DNA of 64,000 nt, from the NCBI GenBank assembly GCA_964436545.1, contig CAYTCJ010000003.1, positions 70,041-134,040 of the forward strand. The letters are read 5' to 3'. Both the position numbers and the translations under genes were made by a program. The notes beneath the pieces are model-generated. The model made no database searches. It saw only the letters and a program-made list of their open reading frames with translations, and was not told the origin of the DNA. Below, one piece after another: positions 54,038 to 62,488 of the stretch (positions are counted from its first letter, which is position 1; each line of letters starts with the position of its first letter). The stretch comes from an uncultured Candidatus Saccharibacteria bacterium (GTDB lineage: Bacteria; Patescibacteriota; Doudnabacteria; UBA920).

Positions 54038-57000
54038 ATGTCAACAACCGAAGAAAACTTACCGGCCGTATCTGCGGAAAATAAAACATCGGCCACGCCC
54101 GATTTTAACCAACTGGAGTTGGAGATTTTAAAATTTTGGAACGAGCAGAAAATTTTTGAAAAGTCCTTGGAGCAAACAAAGACTCCGCCAGCTGGCGGAG
54201 AGCCTTTTGTTTTTTACGACGGCCCGCCATTTGCCACGGGACTCCCACATTATGGGCATATTTTAGCTTCTACGATTAAAGATGCTATTCCGCGGTACCA
54301 AACTATGCAGGGCAAGTTGGTGAGACGAGTGTGGGGTTGGGATTGTCACGGGCTACCGATTGAAAATATTGTAGAGCAAGAATTAAAAATTTCCGGAAAA
54401 AAACAAATTGAAGAATTGGGCGTGGAAAAATTTAACCAAGCTTGTAGAGATAATGTGCTAAAATTTGCGGAAGAATGGGGGAGAATGGTGAATCGCATGG
54501 GCAGATGGGTGGATTTTTCGCATTCCTACAAAACCATGGACACCAAGTATCAAGAATCGGTATGGTGGGCGTTAAAACAAATTTGGGATAAAGGTTTAAT
54601 TTACGAAGATCGGAAGGTGTTGCTCTATTGTTCCCGTTGCGAAACTCCCATCTCCAACTTTGAAGTCGCGATGGATAATAGCTATAAAACCATTACCGAA
54701 GAGTCTATTTATGCGAAGTTTAAATTACCTAAAGGCCAAAGGATTGGGAATGATTTAACCAATGATAAGACTTATGCTTTGGCTTGGACCACTACCCCTT
54801 GGACTTTACCCGGTAATACCGCCTTGAATGTAGGGGCAGAAATTATTTATGTCTTAGTGGAAGCCCCGGACGGAGAGCGGTATATTTTGGCTAAGGAGTT
54901 ATTGGCCAAATTAACTGTGGCCTCGGAAGTGATTGCGGAATTTAGGGGCGCCAGTTTAACCGGTTTAAGTTACGAGCCTTTGTATGGCGCGGTTATTCCC
55001 AACGATTCCGGCAAAGCGCATAAAATTTATACCGCGGATTTTGTAACCACGGTGGATGGTACGGGGATTGTGCATAACGCAGCTATGTATGGAGAGGAAG
55101 ATTATGCTTTGGCTAAAGCCAAAGATTTGCCTCGAGTGGATATGTTGGATCATAAAGGGCATTATGTAACCGCAGATCGAATACCGGAATTTTTAAGAGG
55201 CATGTTTTTTAAAAAGGCGGAAAAGTTTATAATTGAAGATTTAAAGCAAAGAAATTTGTGTTATAAAACTGAACATTACGAACACGCTTATCCGCACTGT
55301 TACCGCTGTGCCACCCCTTTGTTTTATAATGCCTTGCCAGCCTGGTTTATTAATATTCAGAAAATTAAACCTCGCTTGCGCGAATTGAATCAACAGTCAA
55401 TTAACTGGTATCCGGAGCATTTAAAAATGGGTCGGTTTGATAAGAGCATGGAAAATGCGCCGGATTGGAACATTTCCAGAAACCGTTTTTGGGCTACGGC
55501 CTTGCCGTTTTGGAAATGCGTGGAATGTAAGGAGGTAGTATGTGTTGGGGCATTATCCGAATTAGCACAAAAATCAGTAAACATTCAGGAGGTTTATCCA
55601 AATTTTCAATTTTCAATTTTCAATTTTCAATCAAATCCCAATTTTCAATTTCCAGGGGAAGAATTAGCGAAGTTAGATTTACATAGACCTTATATCGATA
55701 AAGTAAAATTAAAATGTGAAAAGTGCCAAGGCGAAATGCAACGCGTGCCCGAAGTGGTGGATTGTTGGGTGGAAAGTGGCAGTATGCCGTTTGCGGAACT
55801 GCATTATCCGTTTGAAAACAGTCAATCAGCAGTCAGTAATCAGCAGTCAGTAATTAGCCCAGAAAGTTTTCAGAAGCGCTTTCCGGCGGATTTTGTGGCA
55901 GAATACATTGGGCAGACCCGAGCTTGGTTTTATGTCATGCACGTAATTTCGGTGATCTTGTTTGATCAAGCCCCGTTTAAAAATGTGGTTACCACCGGCA
56001 ATATTCTGGCAGAAGATGGCAGTAAAATGTCTAAATCCAAAAAGAATTTTCCGGATCCGTGGATTTTAATTGAACGTTACGGGATTGATGCGGTGCGTTT
56101 TTATTTGTTGACCACGCCGGTTATGAACGCCGATGATTTGAACTTTAGCGAAAAAGGCGTGAGCGAAGTGAATCGCAAAATCAATTTGATTTTATACAAT
56201 GTGTGGAGTTTTTACCGCATGTATGAAAAATCAGCAATCAGCCAATCCTCCTTCGCTGGAGCTATGGAGGACAGGTCAGCTAATCCTCCTTCGCTGGAGC
56301 TATGGAGGACAGGTCAGCTAATCAGTGATCACATTTTAGATAAGTGGATAATGGCGAGGTTAACTCAAACCCATAGCGAAGTGACAAAATATTTAGATGG
56401 TTATAATACAGTCAAGGCAGGTAAAGAAATTATCAGTTTGATTGACGACCTTTCCACTTGGTATTTAAGAAGAAGTCGGGATCGCATTAAAGGGGAAGCG
56501 GGTGAAGCTCAGCTGGCTTTGCAGACTTTGGCCGGAGTGTTGGCAGAAATTGCCAAATTGTTAGCCCCGTTTATGCCATTTTTGGCTGACTTTATTTTTA
56601 GAGACGTGACCGGGAAAGAATCTGTGCATTTGGCACGTTGGACAGCGCCTCAAGCTTTTGATTCGACCATTTTAGAGTCCATGGCCTTGGCCAGAAAAGT
56701 GGTGGAGTTGGGGCAATCGCTCCGAAAGGAAAAAAATTTAAAAGTCAGGCAACCGCTTTTGGCATTGGTGTATGAGTTTAAAGAGAATCAAGCTCTCGGG
56801 GAGGAAATGGAAGCAGTAATCGCAGAAGAGTTGAATGTAAAGCAAGTCAGCGGTCAGCGGTCAGCCAATCAGCAAGAATGGGTGAGTAAAGAAGATGGGA
56901 ACATTAAGATATATTTGAACACACAAATTACCGAAGAATTAAAAAAAGAGGGTTTGGCCAGAGAAATGGAAAGACAAGTACAAGATTTAAGAAAGGGTGC

Positions 57001-57199
57001 GGGGCTCAAGCCCGGTGAATTGATTAATGTCTATTATAATTGCCAAGATGAAGAGATAGAGGGAATTTTATTGTCCATGTTAGACAGAAAAAAAACTTTT
57101 ATCAACCAGGTGACTAAGGCTTTGGAAGTGGAGCCGGATTATGAAATTCAAACTCAGGTGGGTGGCAAAGCCATTTGGTTGGGATTAATTAAAATATAA
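54038..57199 (+). CDS. ileS: Isoleucine--tRNA ligase (type 2)
   Basis: FYDGPPFATGLPHYGH, GWDCHGLP, AWTTTPWTLP and KMSKS. Confidence 0.97.
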   Translation: MSTTEENLPAVSAENKTSATPDFNQLELEILKFWNEQKIFEKSLEQTKTPPAGGEPFVFYDGPPFATGLPHYGHILASTIKDAIPRYQTMQGKLVRRVWGWDCHGLPIENIVEQELKISGKKQIEELGVEKFNQACRDNVLKFAEEWGRMVNRMGRWVDFSHSYKTMDTKYQESVWWALKQIWDKGLIYEDRKVLLYCSRCETPISNFEVAMDNSYKTITEESIYAKFKLPKGQRIGNDLTNDKTYALAWTTTPWTLPGNTALNVGAEIIYVLVEAPDGERYILAKELLAKLTVASEVIAEFRGASLTGLSYEPLYGAVIPNDSGKAHKIYTADFVTTVDGTGIVHNAAMYGEEDYALAKAKDLPRVDMLDHKGHYVTADRIPEFLRGMFFKKAEKFIIEDLKQRNLCYKTEHYEHAYPHCYRCATPLFYNALPAWFINIQKIKPRLRELNQQSINWYPEHLKMGRFDKSMENAPDWNISRNRFWATALPFWKCVECKEVVCVGALSELAQKSVNIQEVYPNFQFSIFNFQSNPNFQFPGEELAKLDLHRPYIDKVKLKCEKCQGEMQRVPEVVDCWVESGSMPFAELHYPFENSQSAVSNQQSVISPESFQKRFPADFVAEYIGQTRAWFYVMHVISVILFDQAPFKNVVTTGNILAEDGSKMSKSKKNFPDPWILIERYGIDAVRFYLLTTPVMNADDLNFSEKGVSEVNRKINLILYNVWSFYRMYEKSAISQSSFAGAMEDRSANPPSLELWRTGQLISDHILDKWIMARLTQTHSEVTKYLDGYNTVKAGKEIISLIDDLSTWYLRRSRDRIKGEAGEAQLALQTLAGVLAEIAKLLAPFMPFLADFIFRDVTGKESVHLARWTAPQAFDSTILESMALARKVVELGQSLRKEKNLKVRQPLLALVYEFKENQALGEEMEAVIAEELNVKQVSGQRSANQQEWVSKEDGNIKIYLNTQITEELKKEGLAREMERQVQDLRKGAGLKPGELINVYYNCQDEEIEGILLSMLDRKKTFINQVTKALEVEPDYEIQTQVGGKAIWLGLIKI
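56244..56319 (+). repeat. 2 x 38-bp tandem palindromic repeat inside ileS
   Basis: aatcctccttcgctggagctatggaggacaggtcagct twice, exact. Confidence 0.92.
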
Positions 57200-57212
57200 T
57201 CGTTACGAATTA

Positions 57213-57250
57213 TGTACCAATTAACTTACATATGTAAGTTAATTGGTACA
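57213..57250. repeat. 38-bp perfect palindrome, copy 3 (solo)
   Basis: tgtaccaattaacttacat|atgtaagttaattggtaca. Confidence 0.95.
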
Positions 57251-57348
57251 AGTATTAAAATCAGATTTAAATTACAAAATTCGAAAATTAAGCATCCGAA
57301 AATTAAGTATTTAGTCTTTCGCTATTTTTGTATTGAGTAGAAAATTTT

Positions 57349-57984
57349 ATGCATCAGGATATTAATTACACCAGTATTGTTTTAAAAAAACAGCCTTTTA
57401 ATGAGGCGGATGAAATAATCACTTTTTATACTCAAGAACAGGGTAAAATTCGAGCTTTGGCAAAATCTATAAAATTGGCGAAAAGTAAAATGCAAAATAC
57501 CCTCCAGCAGTTTTTTGCGGTGCAAGTAGTCTTAAGCGGGCGAGGTAATTTAAAAACCATTTCCGGTACTGTGCTCCAGCATACTTATGTGGCCATGAGA
57601 AGCAATTTAGTGTCTATTAAGTGTGCTTTGGTGGCAGGGGAAATTGTGCTGAAGTTTACCCCCGATGGCGAAAAAAATGTTCCGGTGTATGAGGCGCTTA
57701 CCGGATTTTTGGAGTTTTTAACCCCGTCTGCCCCGGCTGAGTTAGGGTTGATAAAATTTAAGTTGCAATTTTTAAAAGCCATTGGTTTGGATCCTAAATT
57801 CAGCCAAGAATTACGAACCCAACCGGCTTTATATGAGCTTACAGAAACCCTGGAGGAGTTAAGTTATTTACAGCTTACTGCGGGCTTAATGAGCCAGCAG
57901 ACAATTGCCTTACAGCAGTGGTTATCGCAATTTTTCTTGCAAAATTTAGAAAGAGAAATTCGTTCGGAAAATTTTGTGGTATAA
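57349..57984 (+). CDS. recO: DNA repair protein RecO
   Basis: IVLKKQPFNEADEIITFYTQEQGKIRALAKS. Confidence 0.9.
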   Translation: MHQDINYTSIVLKKQPFNEADEIITFYTQEQGKIRALAKSIKLAKSKMQNTLQQFFAVQVVLSGRGNLKTISGTVLQHTYVAMRSNLVSIKCALVAGEIVLKFTPDGEKNVPVYEALTGFLEFLTPSAPAELGLIKFKLQFLKAIGLDPKFSQELRTQPALYELTETLEELSYLQLTAGLMSQQTIALQQWLSQFFLQNLEREIRSENFVV

Positions 57985-57991
57985 TTATTTT

Positions 57992-59788
57992 ATGGCAGAA
58001 TTTCAAATTCAACCGGTAATCAATCCGCAGGCAAATATCCCGAATGAGCCTCCACTGACCAGAGTGGAAAGGTTTTTGGCATTTTTAAGAGCTAATCGGT
58101 TGTATTTGGGTTTTATTTTTTTTGGTTTGTTAATTATTGCTGTCTTGGCGTTTTTGGCGTTTCGCAAGGCGCCGGCGGTACCGGTAAAAGAAGCTAACGT
58201 AAATTTGGAAATTTTTTCACCCGAGGTTTTGCCTTCGGGTAACGATTTAATTTATCGTGTGGTAGCCAAAAATGACGATAAAGTAAATTTAACCAATTTA
58301 GAATTGGAAATTACTTATCCGGAAGGTGTGGCATTTGCAGATAGCAGTCCCAAACCCGCTAACTTAACCGGGAATATTTTTAACTTGCCTGATTTAAAAC
58401 CCGGCCAAAATTTAACCGTCATAATTAAAACCCAAGCCATAGGTGATATTAATGCGGAAAAAGTTATGCAGGCTCGGCTACATTATAAATATGAAAATTT
58501 TAATTCCAGTTTCAGTAAAAGCGCCACCAGCGCCACTCGGCTTACCGCAGCGCAAATTAATTTGGAAATTGACGGGCCTAAAGATGCCAACACGGCACAG
58601 TTGGTAACTTATACCGTGAAATATAAAAATCAAGCCGAGACGCCCATAAAAAACGCCAGATTAAAGTTACATTACCCCATGGGTTTTAATTACGCCAGTA
58701 GCCAACCTTCTGCCAGTTTAAGCGGAAATATTTGGAATTTAGGCGATGTGTTGGGTTTTAGCGAAGGGCAGATTACTTTTCAGGGAACTTTTAACTTAAG
58801 CCAACCCGGTGAGACCAAAACCTTTGAAGCGGAGTTTTTAAGTTTGTCGGACAGTGGAGAATTTTTTAGACAAAATGTGGTGAGTATGGAAACTTATTTA
58901 ATTAGCCAACCTCTGCTGTTAACTTTGGAAAACTTGAATCAAGAAGATGCAGGGATTATTTCCCCCGGAGACAATTTGAATTTTAATTTAAAATATCAGA
59001 ATAATGGACAGGTGCCGGCCAGTGGCGTGAATATTGTGGTGAGTTTGGATTCCAAAGTTATTGATCTGAATTCTTTAAAAGCGAGTGGTGGGTTGGTTTC
59101 CGGTTCTACCATTACCTGGAATGCCGCCGGAGTGCCTACTTTGGAAAGCTTGAATCCTGGTGAACAAGGGAGTGTAAATTTTTCTGTGAATGTAAAAAAT
59201 CCCGCGGTAAAAGATAACAGTAAGAATTTAACTTTAAAGCTTACAAGTAAAATTAAAGCCAATGAATACAGTACGTATTTACCGGGGGAGACTAAAGAAT
59301 TTAAACTTACCAGCCCGGCTTATTTGGCGGTAAATTTAAAATATCTTTCCGGCAGTTTACCGCCCCAAGTGGGCACACAAACCAAATACAAAGTGAGTTT
59401 AAATGTTTTTAATAGCAGTAATGATTTTAAAGAGGCGGAGCTGAGTTTGTTTTTGCCGGGCGTGAGTGGCGGGTTTAATTTAAACTCCCTATCGGCTTCG
59501 GAAAAAAATAACGTGCAATTTGATCCGGCGACCGGTAAATTGCTGTGGAAGTTGGGAGTTTTGCCGGCTTATAGCGGGAAATTTTTACCGGTAAAAAATT
59601 TGGAATTTGAAATTGTGGTAAACCCGGCGCCGGCGGATGCGGGCAGTTATTTAACTTTGGTGAGGAGCATTAAATTATTTGCTAAAGATGAGTTTACTTT
59701 GCAAGCCATTAGTTTAAAAACCGAAGACCTTACCAGTGCCAGTTTGAGCGGGCAAACCGGTTATGAATCCGGTTTAGTGGTGCCTTAA
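57992..59788 (+). CDS. Membrane-anchored protein with DUF11-like Ig domains
   Basis: N-terminal TM helix and repeated YTVKYKN...NIWNLGD-type modules. ATG 57992 is preferred over GTG 57974, which overlaps recO. Confidence 0.8.
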   Translation: MAEFQIQPVINPQANIPNEPPLTRVERFLAFLRANRLYLGFIFFGLLIIAVLAFLAFRKAPAVPVKEANVNLEIFSPEVLPSGNDLIYRVVAKNDDKVNLTNLELEITYPEGVAFADSSPKPANLTGNIFNLPDLKPGQNLTVIIKTQAIGDINAEKVMQARLHYKYENFNSSFSKSATSATRLTAAQINLEIDGPKDANTAQLVTYTVKYKNQAETPIKNARLKLHYPMGFNYASSQPSASLSGNIWNLGDVLGFSEGQITFQGTFNLSQPGETKTFEAEFLSLSDSGEFFRQNVVSMETYLISQPLLLTLENLNQEDAGIISPGDNLNFNLKYQNNGQVPASGVNIVVSLDSKVIDLNSLKASGGLVSGSTITWNAAGVPTLESLNPGEQGSVNFSVNVKNPAVKDNSKNLTLKLTSKIKANEYSTYLPGETKEFKLTSPAYLAVNLKYLSGSLPPQVGTQTKYKVSLNVFNSSNDFKEAELSLFLPGVSGGFNLNSLSASEKNNVQFDPATGKLLWKLGVLPAYSGKFLPVKNLEFEIVVNPAPADAGSYLTLVRSIKLFAKDEFTLQAISLKTEDLTSASLSGQTGYESGLVVP

Positions 59789-59805
59789 AATAGGTTTTTA
59801 ATTTT

Positions 59806-60948
59806 ATGTCATGGATTGAGTTACTTAGACGTTATAGAAAACAGTTTGCCTCGCATCAACCGCTAATCGAGGTTTTAATTTATAAGCAAAATTTACTGCA
59901 TAATTTAAAACAGTACCAAAAGTCATACCCCGAGCAACAATTTGCGCCGGTACTGAAGGCCAATGCCTATGGCCATGGTTTAGAGCCGGTGGCGGAAATT
60001 TTAAAAGCCGAACTTTTACCTTTTGTGTGTGTGGATTCGCATTTTGAATTGCGAAGAGTTGGCAAGTTGGCGCCCAAATTATCCGTATTGGTGATAGGTT
60101 TTACCCGACTTGAATCAATATTAAAATCACATTCCGAAAAATTCAGTTTTACCATTATTAGCTTGGACCAGCTGGTAGAATTGTCAAAAAAATTATCCCA
60201 GCCAAGAAAATTCCATTTAAAGTTAGATACCGGCATGCATAGGCAAGGATTACTTCCTTCTGAGTTTCAGCAGGCCGACAAACTTATCCGATCGAATCCG
60301 CACCTGATTTTAGAAGGTTTATGCAGTCATTTGGCTGACCCGGATAACGAAGCGGAGTCGGCCAAACAAATTAAAGTTTGGAACAGCGCGGTGGCATATT
60401 TTAAACAGGCTTTTCCTCAGATTAAGTTTTTTCATTTATCTGCCACCGGGGGATTAAAGTATAGTAAACAGATTGACGCTAACTTAGTGCGTTTGGGGAT
60501 TGGCTTTTACGGTATAGATAACTATCAACAGGTTGCCTTAAATTTAAAGCCGGCCTTGGAGATGTGGACAATGATTTCCGGGATTAAAACACTCTCATCC
60601 GGAGAAAAAATTGGTTATGGTTTGACTTACACCACCACTCATCCTACTCAAATCGCTACTGTGCCGGTTGGGTATTTTGAAGGTGTGGACAGACGACTTT
60701 CTAACCAATCCGGTTTCGTAATTAGAGATACTTTTTGTCCGATTGTGGGCAGAATCAGTATGGATATAATCACGGTGGATGTTTCGGCCAATAAAAATAT
60801 CGCCTTTGGCGATAGGGTGCAAGTACTTAGTGCAAATTTTCATGCGAGAAATTCTCTTAGTGCGTGGGCGGAGATTTGTCAGACAATTCCGTATGAGTTG
60901 CTCGTCAAATTACCTGCGCATTTAAGTAGAATAATTGTAGAGAAGTAA
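59806..60948 (+). CDS. alr: Alanine racemase
   Basis: PVLKANAYGHG, HLKLDTGMHRQG, VGRISMD and TIPYE. Confidence 0.96.
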   Translation: MSWIELLRRYRKQFASHQPLIEVLIYKQNLLHNLKQYQKSYPEQQFAPVLKANAYGHGLEPVAEILKAELLPFVCVDSHFELRRVGKLAPKLSVLVIGFTRLESILKSHSEKFSFTIISLDQLVELSKKLSQPRKFHLKLDTGMHRQGLLPSEFQQADKLIRSNPHLILEGLCSHLADPDNEAESAKQIKVWNSAVAYFKQAFPQIKFFHLSATGGLKYSKQIDANLVRLGIGFYGIDNYQQVALNLKPALEMWTMISGIKTLSSGEKIGYGLTYTTTHPTQIATVPVGYFEGVDRRLSNQSGFVIRDTFCPIVGRISMDIITVDVSANKNIAFGDRVQVLSANFHARNSLSAWAEICQTIPYELLVKLPAHLSRIIVEK

Positions 60949-60952
60949 GGAG

Positions 60953-61987
60953 TTAGGGGTAGATATATCCGCGAATGGTTTTACTGCTGGTATTTAACCA
61001 GCGGTTATTGACCTTACCAAATTTTTCGTAATTCATTTCTGACAATAAAATTCGGCCATCTTCCACTTGTTCCACATAAGCTACGTGGCCATAGCGCGCG
61101 TTATCGGTAGTCACTACAATACTACCCACCACCGGAGTATGGCTAATGACAGCCCCAAAGCCTTTGGCATTGGCTAACCAGTTTTTGGCATTTCCGCCCC
61201 AAGGAACGTGGACTTTGGTGGCTACATACCAAGTGCAATAACCCCAAGGAAAAATATGTCCGGTGCCATTGTCCACATAGGCGGGTTTAACCGAGCCTTC
61301 GGGTTTAACCTTGCTCGGATCGCGAGGAGTTTTCTTTGTGGGTTTGGGAGCTTCGGGTAATTTCCCTCCCGGAATAATAACTAATTGGTCGGGTTCAATA
61401 TCTTCCGCACTTCCCAAACCATTGTAAGCAATAATGTTTTCCAAGTTACTCCCATATTTTTTTACCAAATCCGGCAAAGTGTCGTTGGGTTTGGCTTTGT
61501 GCAAAACTCCGTCGGTGGGGAGAATAATTAAATACCAACCGGGTTTAAGGGTATCGGAAGTGAGTTTATTAGCCATTTTAAGGGTATTGACCGAGATACC
61601 GTGTTGTTTGGCAATACTGGCTAAAGTATCGCCGGCTTGCGATTGGTAAACTTGAATTTGTTTGGCAATTAAACTTTGTAGAGTATCCGGAGTAGGTTGA
61701 ACTAAAAACATTTCGTCGTTTAAGCCGACCGGTTCTGCTTCTAATTCCACCTCAGTCAGGTAGGTAGAGGTTAGGCCAAAATCTTCCGCTTGAGCCAAAG
61801 GCACAAAATTTACATGGCTGGCAACCTTAGTGGTAATGGTGTTGTTTTTTTCGTTAAGTTTGCTATTTAACTGTGGATGATAACTTAGAAATTTAGCCGC
61901 ATAGCTTTTATCGACAAAATCTTCAGACCAATTAAACGCCCAAACACTGCTAATAATTACAGTAAGCGCTAAAATAAAAACCAACAA
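60953..61987 (-). CDS. LysM + CHAP domain peptidoglycan hydrolase (true start probably further upstream)
   Basis: Two LysM repeats; WGYCTWYV, GNAKNW, YGHVAYVE and SEMNY. Confidence 0.92.
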   Translation of the reverse strand: MLVFILALTVIISSVWAFNWSEDFVDKSYAAKFLSYHPQLNSKLNEKNNTITTKVASHVNFVPLAQAEDFGLTSTYLTEVELEAEPVGLNDEMFLVQPTPDTLQSLIAKQIQVYQSQAGDTLASIAKQHGISVNTLKMANKLTSDTLKPGWYLIILPTDGVLHKAKPNDTLPDLVKKYGSNLENIIAYNGLGSAEDIEPDQLVIIPGGKLPEAPKPTKKTPRDPSKVKPEGSVKPAYVDNGTGHIFPWGYCTWYVATKVHVPWGGNAKNWLANAKGFGAVISHTPVVGSIVVTTDNARYGHVAYVEQVEDGRILLSEMNYEKFGKVNNRWLNTSSKTIRGYIYP

Positions 61988-62488
61988 CTCCGAAGAAAAC
62001 CTAAAGACATAATCGTAAGTATCTAAAGGTTTAATATGAGTAGCTGGAAAGGCGTTTAAATATATCCGTTTTAAACTGGGTAGGCGTTTTAAAAAACGGA
62101 ATATGGCTTTACGGGAGTAGTATTGAATTTTAAAGGCATTGACTCTAACAGATTTAAGCAGGAGAGTTTGCCAGTGTTTGAGAGTATTAATATGACTTAC
62201 TTTAGGCCAAATTCGAAGCTCTATGGAGGAATTGCTTGGTTTTTTTGGGAGCTTGAGGTTAAAAATAATTGGGATTATAGAGACTTCTGATTGGCTTAAT
62301 TATCAGCTTAAGTTCATCTAAATAAGTGTATCAGCCATTCGGGTAAGTTTCAAGAATTTAGTCCACAGTTTACCGCTTTTAACCTAATTTAAGGCAAAAT
62401 AAAAAAGATTTGGCTTAAGTAAGGCTAAATTTTGTTTTTTATTCGGAATAATATAAATATGGTAAGATTACCAAGTGTCTATAGATTT

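Noticed and set aside
43917-57250. Perfect palindromes as ordinary terminators or hairpin-telomere/assembly artefacts
   Set aside because: They are AT-rich and loopless without consistent U-tracts, the flanks are not mirrored, and the three copies differ by symmetric substitutions. No protelomerase is seen.
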